Shown piece after piece: positions 12,478-26,059 of a stretch of 64,000 bases of DNA (position 1 is the first letter of the stretch; every line of letters begins with the position of its first letter). This DNA is from Callorhinchus milii (taxonomy: Eukaryota): assembly GCF_018977255.1 (NCBI RefSeq), contig NW_024704743.1, positions 94,366,001 through 94,430,000 on the forward strand, given 5' to 3'. A program made the position numbers and the translations under genes. Under the pieces are notes generated by a model. That model was not told where the DNA came from. It worked only from the letters and a program-made list of their open reading frames with translations, and searched no databases.

Positions 12478-12589
12478 CAGGGTAACTAAAAACTTGTATT
12501 TTTCAGCCATCCTATTATCTGCAAAACATCATAATTTCTTTAAGACTTATTAGACATTGTAATGATATCACAAATTTTTGGTCACCCTG
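12478..12589. mobile_element. Tc1/mariner-type MITE (112 bp)
   Basis: TA|CAGGGTAACTAAAAACTTGT ... ACAAATTTTTGGTCACCCTG|TA: ~20-bp TIRs with TA on both sides. Confidence 0.7.
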
Positions 12590-12819
12590 TAGTACACGTT
12601 CAAGTTATTCTTTAAACTGCATGTCAATCCTTTCACCAAAGACATGTGTCAAAGGAGTTGTAAATGGGAACAGAATGAGGCTGGCTCCAAAATGCATTTA
12701 TCGAAAAATATATTGTAAAATTCCTTCTTCCATCTCCTGCATAGATAATTGGGAACAGAATTACTGTGAATCACTTTCCATTTAAAAACTAAAGGTTCTT
12801 GGTAGGAAGGCCCTATAGG

Positions 12820-13222
12820 TGTCAGCCGAGCTCAGTTGCCAACATTCTCACCTCCGAGTCAGAATGTTGTGGGGTCAAACCCCACATTGGGATCTGAGCT
12901 CACATTCAAGATTGACACTCTAATGCAGTCTTCTGGGAGTGTTGCATTGTCCGAGTCACATTGCTTCAGATGTGATGTTAAACCAAGGTCCTATCTGTGC
13001 CTGCTTAGGTGAATATTAAAGATCCCATTCTACTACTCGAAAACAGAAGGGAGTTTCTCCTGGTGTCCTAGCCAACAATCCCCTAAATAAAATTGGTGAT
13101 TCATTTCATGCTGTTTGTGGATATTGTTGTGTGCAACTAGGCACAGTCACGACATAGTAAATCCTGTGAAGTACTTTGAGACATCCTCCTGCATGGAAGG
13201 TGCTATAGATATAAGGATTATT
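12820..13222 (+). mobile_element. Old DeuSINE-like element, near full length
   Basis: Same head and central domain as 2670-2995, plus the 3' tail gtgctatagatataaggattatt. Confidence 0.7.
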
Positions 13223-13560
13223 TAAACTTGATCCAATATAAACAAAAGTAGCTGCACATACAGAACCTAGAACTATTGACAAATACTTAAGAAGTTAAGG
13301 GTACATTAAAGGATATAGAAAAAGAGGAGAGCAATAGGATTAAACATATTGAAGAGCTGCCATTGTGTAATAAAATAGTGGAGTAGATTCCAAGGCCCAA
13401 TTGGTCTACCTCTGCTTCTGCCTACCTTGCTCATTACACAAGACATACAGACACTGCATTTTACAGTATATCCTGTGAAGTGATGTATAAAATTCTTTGG
13501 GATATCCTCTGATGTGAAAGATGCTATACCAAATAAGGATTATTATTATTATATACTCAC

Positions 13561-13666
13561 CATTTTCCACATTTGCTAGACGATGCATTAGGGGCACCCA
13601 GACTAAACACTGCGGCGGGGGGTCAGACATCAGAGTGTCCAGGAAAGTGTTCAGTGTTACCTTTTT
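13561..13666 (-). CDS. DTNA: DTNA coding exon 6 ([35 protein letters not shown]), 106 nt
   Basis: acag|AAA AAG GTA...GAA AAT G|gtgagt; overlaps ORF 13406-13630. Confidence 0.97.
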
Positions 13667-14482
13667 CTGTAAAATATAAAATGAAGACTGTTATTATGCC
13701 AGTCACACCTTCTACACTATGAACAGCATCAGCAGAGACCTTTTGACTTTCCAACTTTTGGTAAATCATTCAACAATCGCATTACGAGCTATCAACGCCC
13801 ACATAATTTCACCCACAAATTATAGTCAATTCACTATAAAATTTTTTCCAAATTTGATCTCTCAATCCACGACTGTTTGTGGGACACTGCTGTGTACAAT
13901 TGGCTGCCACGTTTCACCCATAAAATATATACAGACAATTCACTTTACAGTATATTCACTGAAGCACTATGAAATATCTTGAAGACGTGATAAGGCGCTG
14001 CATCAAACGCAAGGCTTATTATTATCATCAATTTACCATTGTTCCCAAAATATATCCAAATATATACCATATCTTTCCCACTGTCTCTGGAATTCTATCC
14101 TGGAGTCCTCTAACTCACCCCCTCCCTCTCAAACTCCACCTCATGTCTTATGCCTTTGACTGCACTTTTGGTTATCTTCTTCCCCCTCTCCACTACTTCA
14201 GCTATCATCCCCTTTCCTCCAGCTCGGATACCGAGCCAAATGTGTAAAGCCACTTGCAATGTCCTCCTGATGTGAAAAGCATTATATAAATGTAAATTGT
14301 ATTGTATCACTGCCAAAAACAAGAAAGTATGCTGGGCCCAAAATGAGCACTTCAGAAATAATTGGTCGGACTGATGTTCCGGAGACATAAGCTTAAAAAC
14401 TACTCCATAAAACTGATTATAGAAATTCAGAACCAATATTGTTGGAGCCTTGTCTGGAGAAAAGGAGAGCAGCTTGTGATAA

Positions 14483-14730
14483 TAATAATAATCTTTGTAT
14501 TTAATATAGCGTCTTATCGTGTTGTTAAGATGTCTCAAAGCTGAATATACTGTAAAGTGGATTGTCTATGTATTTTATGGGTGAAAGGCGGCAGCCAATT
14601 ACACACAGCAGCATCATACAAACAATCGTGGATTGAGTGACAATTTGGTTTTGGGGCGATTATTTCCCCCAGAAAGCAATCCGCCAATCGACTAACAATT
14701 GGGTTTCTACTTACTGCTAGGTAAACAAAG
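14483..14730 (-). mobile_element. tRNA-derived SINE, long form, partial
   Basis: Reverse complement of the SINE tail and the cctagcagtaagtag module. Confidence 0.75.
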
Positions 14731-15299
14731 GCAAAGTGAAGTGATTGTCAATGAGACATCACATTTTGTCTCAAAGTCTCTTGCTATAATATACAGGGTT
14801 ATGAGGTTTCTCGTGCTCCTCTTTCCTTCAGGTTTTCATTTGAACAGGGCGTCAGAAGCTAATCAAATAAGTTTCTATTTAAAAGTGGAAACAATAGTTT
14901 TCATAAAACACAAAGATTTCCTTTAACCTGGATCGTCAAAACCTGAAATATTACACTCTGTGGAGCNAAAAAATGTTGCCTTGCTGCCAATAGTAGTGAA
15001 ATTTCCAGTGTGTATGTACTAGGAATAATAATAATCCTTGCATATGATATAGTGCCTTATCACGTCTTCGAGACATCTCAAAGCACTTCACAGAATATTC
15101 TGTAAAGTGAATTAACTGTATATTTTGTGGGCGAAATGCGGCAGCCAATTGCGCACAATGCATATTTGTTTTGGGAAGAATGGTAGTTATTAAAGGCATA
15201 CACAAGATACTTTTATTTATCCCCCCATTTCTGTGAAAGTTTTGTTTACTTCTCACTAGATGGAGGCATGTGACAGCAGTTCAAATGGTAGCTAGCATT

Positions 15300-15715
15300 A
15301 TACAAGTGTTAAGCAGAGAGAGTAAATAAATTTAGTTTCTCATAACTGAGGGAATTTTGCCAATTGAGATTCACCATCGCATAATGAAAGTGTACGTAGA
15401 TTTAGGTATTGATGTGAGTACTGTAAAATGCTGGGTAAATTTGTGTGAAAAGTGAACTTCAAGATAATTATCGCAGCGTAATTTGAGTGTGAATCTCAGT
15501 ATTAGTCATCATAACAGAGAGCTGATTATTGGTAACCTTAGTTACTTTAAAGTTTGTGCTCAGTGCGTTCATAAACCACAAACTCAAAGAGCTATATTAA
15601 GACCTTGAAGAAGTTATAAGCCTGTATAAGGAAAACCTGTCCAAACACTGACATGGCATAAGTGCTTCTACACCATGACAATGCCAAACCTCACATGAGC
15701 TTCAGAACCTCAGAG
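15300..15715 (+). mobile_element. Degenerate, internally deleted mariner transposase remnant
   Basis: Manual translation gives EGILPIEIHHRIMKVYVDLGIDVSTVKCWV (HTH, from 15348), LSYFKVCAQCVHK (WVPHxL region) and VLLHHDNAKPHMS (HDNARPH motif, ~15662-15700). Confidence 0.75.
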
Positions 15716-16779
15716 ACTGGGGCCAGGCTTGGCACGCACATGACCCAAATCCAGACGACCGAGAATAATACTCATACCAGTCACAAAAGTAGTCTCTCTG
15801 CTGAATTTCCCTCCCACTAAGAGTTAATCTTCAATTTGTGGATTCCTCACTACCATTCATCACCCACATCGATGATGATTCCCTCACCTTCTTCCCAAAA
15901 TGAAATGTTGCTATGTTCAACTGAATCCTTTAAGCTTTCAGAATGTGTACATTTTCTGTCACAGGGGACCAAACTCTTCTGCAAATGTGTGATGCAATTG
16001 TAGGAAGCAGGCATTTTCAGCACAGAATGAGGCCATTGATCTATTGTACCAATGCCACATAATATAAAGCGTAATTTGTGCATTAATAGACCATTTCTGG
16101 GTTATAAGGCTTGTAACCATGATGAGATTTAAATTTTTGATTAGAAAAGTGCTTTCACCATTCCTCAAAAGGATTAACAAGCCATCTGACTCGAATGACA
16201 TTACAAACACACCGCTGACTCTTAATGGTATAAAGAGTTTTATTTTTAATTGTTTCTAAACAATGCGCAGATTACAAGATCCTTTCTTTGTGAAAATGTT
16301 AAAGGATGCGTTGAATGGTGCAGTACTAACTCGAGGAAACCAGTGCTAAACTTGGCAGGTCAGCATGTTTCTCCTCAAACATTGCTCAATGGTACGCTGG
16401 TTAGGATTTGTTCCAGTTGGAAAAGGGAGATAAAATAAACACTGAGATTGAAAATCACTCCTCTTAAGAGTGTTAAGTGTTACTGGTACCTTTCTGCCAG
16501 TAAAAGCCGCTTGTAATGTATACTCTATTTTCAGCAGGGAATTCCTGTACTTTACACCAACTCATGAGATTTAGCCGCTGGTGATTAAACTCAGGCTGAT
16601 TAAGAGTCACATGCAAGGGTCAAACCCCTCCACCTACAAGCAATTTATGTCATGAGGTACTTGTACCATCTCACAGGAGCTACACTTTCAGGAGGAGCAG
16701 CATTTTAACTCCAGTGTTTGGTTTAAAACCTTACTAGGGTCAATACTCCCTCTCCTTGGGCTCCTGCTGGGAGACACAC

Positions 16780-18130
16780 TCAACCAGGCCCTCTCCTCAG
16801 GTTTCATCCCACTCCCCCTCAAAACCACTGTAATCATTCCCCGCCACACNAAAAAAATCCTTGATCCTTCTAATTTTGCAAACTAATGGCCCATTTCAAA
16901 ACTTGCCCTTCATTTCTGAAGTCCTGGACTTCGTTGCAAATCAACTTTGCTCACACCTCTCCCTGCACTCCCTCCTCGAGTCCGTCCAGTCCGGTTTCTG
17001 CTCTGCCCACAACACAGAGACAGCACTCATCAAATGTCCTCTCTCTATGTGACCAGGGCTCCTTCTGCGAAGCTGTCCTCCTGAACCTCTTCACTGCCTT
17101 CGACAGTCGATCATAGGATCTTCCTCCACCGCTTCTCCACCCTCAGGGACCTCAGTGGGACTGCATTCGCCTAGTTTGAGTCGTACTTGACCCACTGCAA
17201 TCACTAAGGCTCTGCAAATGTTTTTTTTAAACCTCCCATGCCCTGTTACCTGTGGGGTATACCCCAAGGCTCCATCCTTGGCCCACTTCTTTTTCTCATT
17301 TGCATGCTGCCTCTTGGTGATGTCATCCACAGACATGGGGTCAACATATAAGGACAACACCTAAATCTACTTCTCCTCCTCCAGCTGTCAAGACATCAGG
17401 GCATATATGTGCACCAACTTTCTGCAATGAATGATGATAAGACGGAAGCCATCCTTCTTGGCTCCATTCAACACCTCCTCACTTGCGGCTCTGACCTCCT
17501 GAATCCCCCCTACTTGTCCCTCAGACTCACTAAACCTGTGTGTAACATAGGCATCATAGGATTCAATCCCCAGCTGTCTCTGCATACCTACATATGGTCT
17601 CTGAACAGGACCGCATTCTTCGCTTACCACAACATTGCCCGCCTCCAATTATACCTCACACTCAGTGCAACTGAAACCCTTATCACTTTGTCACTTTCCT
17701 CCTCTATTATTCCAATGCCCTCCTCACCAGTCTTCCTAGCTCCACCATTCATAAAATCCAATTAATACAAAACTCATACTCATGAACAAATCACTTCAAG
17801 TCCTGGCACCTCCCTACCTCTCCGAACTGCTTACGCCCGTTCCTCTACCTGTCCCCTTCGCTCAGCTGGCTCCAGCCTCCTGCACATCCCTTGTCCTCTC
17901 CAACACCAGCAGCTGTGCTTTCAGCCACTATGCCCCAAACTATGGAGCTGTCTTCCTCAATCCCTCCGCCTTGCCTTCTCATTGCATTCAGATTACACCT
18001 GAAGATCTTCCTTTTTTTTTCTGCGTGGCTCCAATCCTTCCTCCTCTCTCTGGCTCAGCATCAAGCTCTGCCACTGTTAAGGGCTCTGAGATGTTACGTC
18101 GCATGAAGGAACTCTTTATAAACACAAATT
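16780..18130 (+). mobile_element. Old degenerate L2 LINE fragment (RT region to 3' end)
   Basis: ORF fragments LESVQSGFCSAHNTETALIK and DKTEAILLGS; many frameshifts. Confidence 0.8.
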
Positions 18131-19668
18131 ATTGTGCGCAATTGGCTGCCGCGTTTCGCCCACAAATATACAGTCAATTCACTTTACAGTATATTCAATA
18201 AAGCGCTTTGAGATGTCTAGAAGACATGATAAGGCGCTATATCAAATGTAAGCATTATTATTATTTAACTTTTTGTTATTGCAGTTGCTGCCTGCCTAAT
18301 CATCAATTGAACCATTTTGTTACTCAAATTACTTCAATTCTCATTACAGTAACACTGTAAACAATTCCACACTGTTTATGCTTTTTGCTCTTAGAACCAT
18401 AGTATGTTTACAGCATAGAAGGAGGCTGTTTGACTCATTGTACATATGCTAGTGCAAGTAACCTCAATGGAGAGATCTATGGTAAAAAGGTTTTTAAGTA
18501 GGCATTCAATTCAATGTCAATGTCTGTCAATAATGTATCACCTTTGTGCAACTCTCAAAAGCAGTTATTTTGTAGTAAACCAAATTGTGTTTCATTAGCA
18601 TTGACATTGTCAAGTGTATTGACTGTTTTTTGTAGGTAAATGCAGCAGCCATTTGTCCCAGCAAGGTCTTACAAACAATGATCTGACAACCTAAGGACAG
18701 CCATAAATAATACATTTACAAGAGGGTTAATGGACAGCAGAGGTGGGTAAAGATCAGATGTTAGTAATGTGTTCCCTTATTCTCTTTGCCCCCCCCACCC
18801 CGCACACACACAAGAGAGGGAACAAATTATTCATTACATTATCGTTGGAGAGAAAGGACCTATTTTTTCTGTGCAGTAAAACATATTTAACGAACAAGTG
18901 ATTTATTTTGTTTGAATCTTGAAGGAGCTGCATATTTTGCACAGATCTTTGTTTCATTAAATGTAAAGTTGGTTTACTTTATTCCACAAGTCATGCATTT
19001 ATTTCAGTTGGGACTAGATTCAAAATCCAGTTCCCAGAAATTGAAGGAAGTTGATCCAGGCACTGCATCACCCTGGCGTGTATTGCTTTTACACAATTTG
19101 CCAGCAAAATCTTGATCAGAAGGAATTTTACTTTATTTTTTCAACTGAAGCAAAATTCAGAGATTCAGGCAGGAGAATTAAATAGATGATACTGTATAGC
19201 AGTGGAATAAAATACCTAAGGCTCATTCACCAAACTAAGACAGTAGAATATGATCAAGAAGGGGCTGGGCTGCAATGATTTTCCACATTGCAGGTGCTGG
19301 ATCTGGTGGAGCGTGAGCTGGAGCCTGGAACTACTTCCACAGGGAATTATTAATCTCATCTGGGTCATGTAAGGGAAATGCCAGGTTGCTGCAGTTGCTT
19401 ATTTCATGGAGTGAAGAATCAGGGAACAAGCGACCTTGGCCTGCTCTTTTACACACTCAAGAGAATAATTATAAAGCGTTAGGAATTTTCCACACTGAAG
19501 ACAGCCATTTAATCCATTTGACCCATCATATCTATGCACTGATTTTTTCTAAATCACCCTTTTTTTAAACTGGCAGAGGGATGGGTGTGGATTTCCCACT
19601 TAGCCAGGGAGAGGAGCACTATGCATAGAGATATAATAGAAGAAGAAATTTATGGGGGCAAAAAAAGC

Positions 19669-19953
19669 AATAATAATAATAATAATCCTTGTATTTGATA
19701 TAGCGCTTTTTCATGTCTTCTAGACGTCTCAAAGCGCTTTACAGAATAGACTATAAAGTGAATTGACTGTATATTTGTGAGCGAAATGCAGCAGCCAATT
19801 GCAGTGTCCCACAAACAGTCGTTGAATTTTTGGAAAGATTATTATCAGGCGTGTGGAGTAAGGAAACTTGCCCAAGGTTTCGCCCTGCAGGGAATCAAAC
19901 CCAGATCTCTCGCTTGTGAAGCGTGTGCACTAAACACTGAGCTACAGGACTCC
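19669..19953 (-). mobile_element. tRNA-derived SINE, short form, near full length
   Basis: Reverse complement begins ggagtcctgtagctcagtg and ends in (ATT)n. Confidence 0.9.
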
Positions 19954-19988
19954 TAAAGTTACGGGTTACTGACAGCGAGGTACCAGTA

Positions 19989-21640
19989 ACAACAACAACA
20001 AAATTACATTTGTATAGCACCTTTCACGTCGGGAGGACATCCCAAGGTGCTGGACAGTGTACAGCGTTTCAGACCCGAGCTGGGGTCAGGGAGGGAGAAT
20101 GGAGGGGAGGGGGGTGGCCAATGGCATGGTCAAAGAGGAGGGTTTTGAGGCGGGACTTGAAGGAGGCTAAGGAGGGGGCGAGGCAGAGTGATTGGGGGAT
20201 GGAATTCCAGAGGTTGGAGGCAGAGTGGCTGTAGGCTCTCCTGCCAATGGTGGGGCAGGTGGCGGAGGACATGGAGAGGCCGGAGCTGGCTGAGCAGAGG
20301 GAACGGGCGGGTTGGTAAGGTTAGGAGGTCCCAGAGGTATGGTGGTGCTAGGCCCTGGAGGGCTTCGTAGGTGAGGACCAGGATCTTGAACTGGATCCTC
20401 TGATAGATAGGGAGCCAATGGAGTCGGGCGAGAATGAGGGAGATGGGGTCATGGAGTTTGGTGCGGGAGAGGACACAGGCTGCAGAGTTCCGGATTATCT
20501 GCAGCCTGTGGAGGGAGGAGTTGGGAAGGCCGACAAGCAGGGCATTTGCATAGTTGAGCCTGGAGGTGATGAAGGCATGAACAAGAGTTTCAGCGGCCTG
20601 AGGGGTGAGGTAGTGGTGGAGTCGGGCAATGTTACGGAGGTGAGGGAAGGCAAAGCGGGTCATGGCTTGGATGTGGGGAAGGAAAGACAGTTGAGGGTCG
20701 AACAAGACACGTAGGTTCGTGACTGGCTTGGTGAATTGAAGTGTGCAACCATGGAGGTTGATGTTGCCAGAGCTTGAGGTGCTGAGGCGCTGGCGTGAGC
20801 CAATCAGGAGGGCCTCAGTCTTGTTCACATTCAACTGTTGGAAATTTGCCCTCATCCAGGACTTGATGCCAAAAAGGCAGTCTGTCAGGACAGCAGTGGT
20901 CCTGGAGTTGAGGGTGGAGGCAGAAAGATAGAGTTGGGTGTCATCCGCATACATGTGGAAGTTGACCCCGTGTCTGCGGATGATGTCACCAAGGGGGAGC
21001 ATGTAGATATTAAAGAGGAGAGGGCCAAGGACAGAGCCCTGGGGGACGCCAGATGTGACAGTGCGGGGACTGGAGGAGAAACCATTGGAGACAACGAAGT
21101 GGAGATGGTGAGAGAGATAGGAATTGAACCAGGCAAGGGCAGATCCATGAAGATTGAGTAAAGCGGAGAGGCGCTGTATGAGGATGGAGTGGTCGACAGT
21201 GTCGAAGGTGACAGAGAGGTCGAGGAGGACAAGGAGGCAGAGGGAGTCCTGATCACAGATGTTCAGAATGTCATTAGTGACTTTGACCAGGGCTGTTTCT
21301 TTGCTATGGGCAGCGCAGAAGCAGGATTGGAGGGTTTCAAAGAGGGAATGGTGAGAGAGAAATAGAGTGGAGCTGGAATGCAACGACTCATTCAAGGACC
21401 TTGGAGAGGAATGGGAGATTAGAGATGGGGTGGTAGCTGGAGAGGCAGGATGGATCCTGGGAAGGTTTTTTCAGAATGAGGGTGATGACGGCTGTTTTAG
21501 GGCGGTGGGAACAGAACTGGTGAACAATGAGAGGTTGATGACTTTGGACAGGAGAGGGACCAGAAGGTGGAGCTGGGAGATGAGGAGAGAGGTGGGGGAT
21601 GGGATCGAGGGAGCAGGTGGTGGGTTTGAGTTTGCGACTG
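19989..21640 (-). mobile_element. Young 5'-truncated L2 LINE with reverse transcriptase ORF (20130-21395)
   Basis: RT motifs GVPQGSVLGPLLFNIY and YADDTQLY; (TTG)n tail at ~19989-20000. Confidence 0.95.
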
Positions 21641-22104
21641 AGACTTTCAAGAGGAATGATTTTCAACCTCAGTGTTTGTTTTATCTCTCTTGACCAATTG
21701 GGACAAATCCTAACCAGCGTACCATTCAACAGTGTTTGAGGAGAAGTAGGCTGACCTGCAAGTTTGGCATTGGTTTCCTTGAGTTAGTACAGTACTGTTC
21801 AACACATCCTTTAACACTTCACAAGTTAAAGAAAGACTTTTGCAATTTATAGATAGTTTGAAGACAAATTTTAAAAAAACTTTTAAAACAACTATTTTTA
21901 CCATTAGGAGGAGTCAGTGTTGAGTTTGTAATGTCATTTCAGTCTGATCGCATGTTAATCCCTTTGAAGTATTTGATCAAGAGACACGGTAGAAGTACTT
22001 GTTAAAAAAAAGGCTTGCAGTCAAATTCAAGATTTTTAAAAAAATGAAATCACCCATTTAAAAAAATAGAATTTGAGATAAATGAAAGCTAAAGCTTTTT
22101 TGAC

Positions 22105-23200
22105 TACTCCATCCTCATCCACCGCCTCTCCTCTCACCTCAACCTTCATGGTTCTGCCCATGAATGGTTCAGATCGTACCTCTCATACCGCCTCCACTTC
22201 ATTTCTACAAACGGTTTCTCTTCTAGCCCCCGCACCGTCTCGTGCGGTGTTCCTCTTCAACATCTATACGCTGCCTCTTGGTGACATCATCCAGAGACAT
22301 GGGGTCAACTTCCACTTGTATGTGGATGACACGCAACTGTACCTCTCTGCCTCCACCCTTGACTTCAGGACCACTGCTGTGCTGACAGAATGTCTGTCGC
22401 ACACCAATCCTGGATGAGAGCTAAGTTTCTTCAGTTGAACATCAACAAGACCGAGGCCCTCCTGATTGGCTCCCATTAGGGCCTCCACACCTCAGGCGCT
22501 GATAGCATCACCATCAATGGTTGCACACTCCACCTTGCTAAGCCAGTCCAGAAACTTGCATTTTGTTTGACCCTCAGCTATTCTTTCTACCCCACATCCG
22601 TGCCATGACCCACTCTTGCCTTCCCCCATCTCCGCAATATCACTCGCCTCCACCACTGTCTCATAATGCAGGCTGTCAAAACTCTCATACACAAATTCAT
22701 AACATCAAGCTCTGACTATGCAAACTCCTTGCTGGTCAGCCTCCCCAACTCCTCCCTCCATAGGCTGCAGATCATCCAGGTACAGGATATAGTTAAGATC
22801 CTGGTCCTCAACTTCAAAGCCCTCCTTGGTCTTGCTTTCCCCTACCTCTGCAATCTCTTAACTTCCTGCCATCCTGCTCGCTCCCTCCGCTCAGCGGCCT
22901 CCGGCCGCTTCATATCCCCTGCCTCGCCGCCCCACCATTGGTGGACGGGCCTTCAGCTTTCTGCCCCCATACTCGTAACTCCATCCCACAGTCCGTAAGC
23001 CTCGCCTCCCCCCGTGCCTCCTTCAAGACCCATCTCAAGACCCTCCATTTCGACCGTGCTTTCAATCACCCTGCTTCACCCTCTGCCCTTCACTCCCCCA
23101 AACCCAACCCCCTGCTCAGGTCCAAAACACTGACTGTTCCACGCCCTGGGATGTCCTCCAACGTGAATGGTGTCATACAAATGTAATTTTGTTGTTGTTA
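22105..23200 (+). mobile_element. L2 LINE 3' fragment, inverted relative to the adjacent L2
   Basis: FNIYTLPLGDIIQRHGVNFHLYVDDTQLY; ttgttgtt tail. Confidence 0.9.
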
Positions 23201-23899
23201 AAGAATAGAAAAATCTGGATGACATCCAATTAATAAAGTGCAAGATCTTTGAGAATGATTACATTCTATGGAGAAACAAAAGTAAAATAAACTTTCAAAT
23301 CCAGTCACATAGAATTAGATAGAATGTTACATTGGAGAAACAGACCAGTAATAATTATTATTACTGGCTAAACTATGCACTAGTTTGGCTACATAATAAT
23401 AATTATTATATTAATAATTGTTATATTAATAATTAAATATTATTTTTATTATTTAGCCAAACTAGTGCATGTGTTTTTAATACCCCTTATGAGCCTCCAC
23501 CCCTCCTTATCCACGCTCTCATGCAACTCTATTCCCTTCTCTGTCATGTACTCAAGAGTTCATGAAACCAGCAGGAAGAAAAATGACTAAAAATAAACTA
23601 TACTGTTAAATGGGGTGGAAGAAGAATCACAGATTATGCATATGTAGCAGCTTCTGGACTAGGGAATATTGTGTCCAAAGGGTATTTGAGTGGAAACATG
23701 TCAGAATTATTCATTACAGACTCGCAGACATACTGCCAGCGAAGATGAGAAAACAGCAGCAGAACCACTACCACTCATTTCTTTAAGATTGCTTTAAAAG
23801 TTTGTAAAAGTTAAATTGTAATTTGTAAAATAAAATGGAAAATGCCTTATAATTTCAGCTGCAGACCCAGTTATTCAAAGGTTTATGATAGAGGTTTTG

Positions 23900-24480
23900 A
23901 CAAAGATGGCCTTTTGCCCCAGTTGATCTCTTTCCAGAATACCCATCTTACCTTCCGCCCATCACAGCAGCAAACTGTATCTTAAACAAATCCAGTGTCC
24001 TAGGTTCCATCACCCTTCCTGGTATCCCTATCCAGCCGTTAATATCTCCGAGTAAAGAAATATTTTCTGGTGTCTGTCCTGAAAATGCACTTCAACGTCC
24101 TGAATCTGTTCCTTCTTATTCTGCTGTCTTTAAATATCTGAAAGTATTGTTCTGAGTTTCCTTTTTCAATCTTATTTAGAATCTTACAGTCCTCTATAAT
24201 ATTCACTTTGAGGTGTTCCTTTTTAAAGCTGAAGAGCCTTAGCTTATCTATTTACTCCTCATAGTTTATCACTCTAATACTAGGAATCATCCTCACTGCT
24301 CTCCTCCGCACTGCCTCGAATGTCTGGTCAATGCCCCTTTATGTGCAGTGATCAGAACTGTACACAGTATTCCAGCCTGACCACTGTACAGTCTCAGCAG
24401 GACTTATAGAGATGTGAACTCAATTGATTTAGCAACATTTCCATTTGTATTTTGTTTACCATTGTTTATTGATTTGACAA
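23900..24480 (-). mobile_element. Degenerate CR1-like LINE 3' fragment
   Basis: Reverse-complement CR1 hallmarks such as cagaactgtacacagtattccag and cttttaaagctgaagagcct. Confidence 0.6.
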
Positions 24481-26059
24481 CGATAATAATAATAACCCTT
24501 TCATTTGATATAGCACCTCATAATATTGAAACTTCTCAAAGCACTTCACACAGTTTTGCTGTGTAGTGACTGATTTTTGGACTCAAGGTAAAAATAATCC
24601 TTCTTTTAATGTAGTACCTTATCACATCGCTGAGACGTCTCAAAACGGTTGACAGGATATAGTGTAAAGTGGATTGACTGTGTATTTTGTGAGTGAAAAG
24701 ACGGTGTCAGATATTTAAAAGAAAAAAGATGGCAATATCAACAAAGAATCATGTTGTCCCAGAGACAACCAGACAAACCTCCAAGATGCTTGAGGCCAAC
24801 CCCCCCAATAGATGAGGGAATGATTAATGTCATGAAAGATGTGAAGCAATTTCCCGATGACAATCTACTAAGATTTTAAATCCAGCAGAATATAAGAAAC
24901 AGGGAAAAAACAGAGAACAAATCAGCAAAAGATCTGGAAAAGTTAGAGGTAAGAGAATGCATATGTTTCTGGTAAACTGACAGCAGCAAGAAGACACGGA
25001 GAAAAGACAAAGTAATCAAGAAATCAATAAAGCTGAGATCTTAAAGGATCAAAGCTGATTCAACAATGTGTGTAGGAGGAACAGAAGGGAGCTTAAAAGA
25101 AACAAACAGAAAATAGGCAAAGTCCAAGGGGGCTGTCATGCACAGCAACAGAGGGAAGAGGAAGGGAATGTGTATGCAGGTCAGCACAACATTGCAGCTC
25201 ACTAGGAAGAGACCATAAAACCCTCGAGACCAATTGAGGAACTGCAAAATGTAAAGTCTCGGATATGTAAATATTTGTAATGATGATCACTTAAAAGTGA
25301 TTTTTGTTTATTCTCCATGCTTTCTTGTGTCGGCAAGACATTGGATGAGAAAATTTGGCTTAATTACCTTATACAGGAAATCTACCATAATCAAAAGAGA
25401 TTTTACAAGTCTATGAACGGGATTCTTTTCAATATTCTGTAAATACTGTATATTTTTTTGAAAAGGGGATACAGCTAAACATTGGATCATTAATATGTTT
25501 TTGGAAGCAGATGATATATTTTATGTAATGAGATTGGGCATTTGACAAAGGGGTGTATGCCAACAGTAGGGGTCCTTCCTTCCCCACGCAAATGGACCCA
25601 TATCTCTAAAAGGGAAGCCACAGAGGACCTGCATGGTGCTGCATTTTGCAAATAAAATTGGAATTGTCTAAAGACCTTCTGACTGCTTTTTGGGCATAAC
25701 AGGAAAAGGACTGTGTCTTTTGGCCAGGATAGTAGGGGAAACTGTCTTCTCTTTTAGAACAGTACCATGCTATCTTTAAACGTACACCTGAGCAGGCAGC
25801 TTGGTTTCACGATTCATTTCAAAGGATGGCATCTCCAACATCGCAGTGCTCCTCCAGCACAGTATTGGAGTGTCAGCCTAGCTGTGGTGAGCAATGAATG
25901 AACTAACACCTCTAAGTCTCTTTTAGCTTTTCCCCTGGGAAAGTTCATTTAGTACATTTTTAAGACAAGGCCATTTGATATAATCAGAGGTCACTACTTT
26001 AATGTTGCTTCTCAATTTTTCTGCTTATTTTTCTCCTGTAGTTTTTTCCCCTTCGCTTT

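Noticed and set aside
20130..21395. 421-aa ORF as a host gene or active retrotransposon
   Set aside because: It is L2 reverse transcriptase from a 5'-truncated, frameshifted copy lacking the endonuclease.
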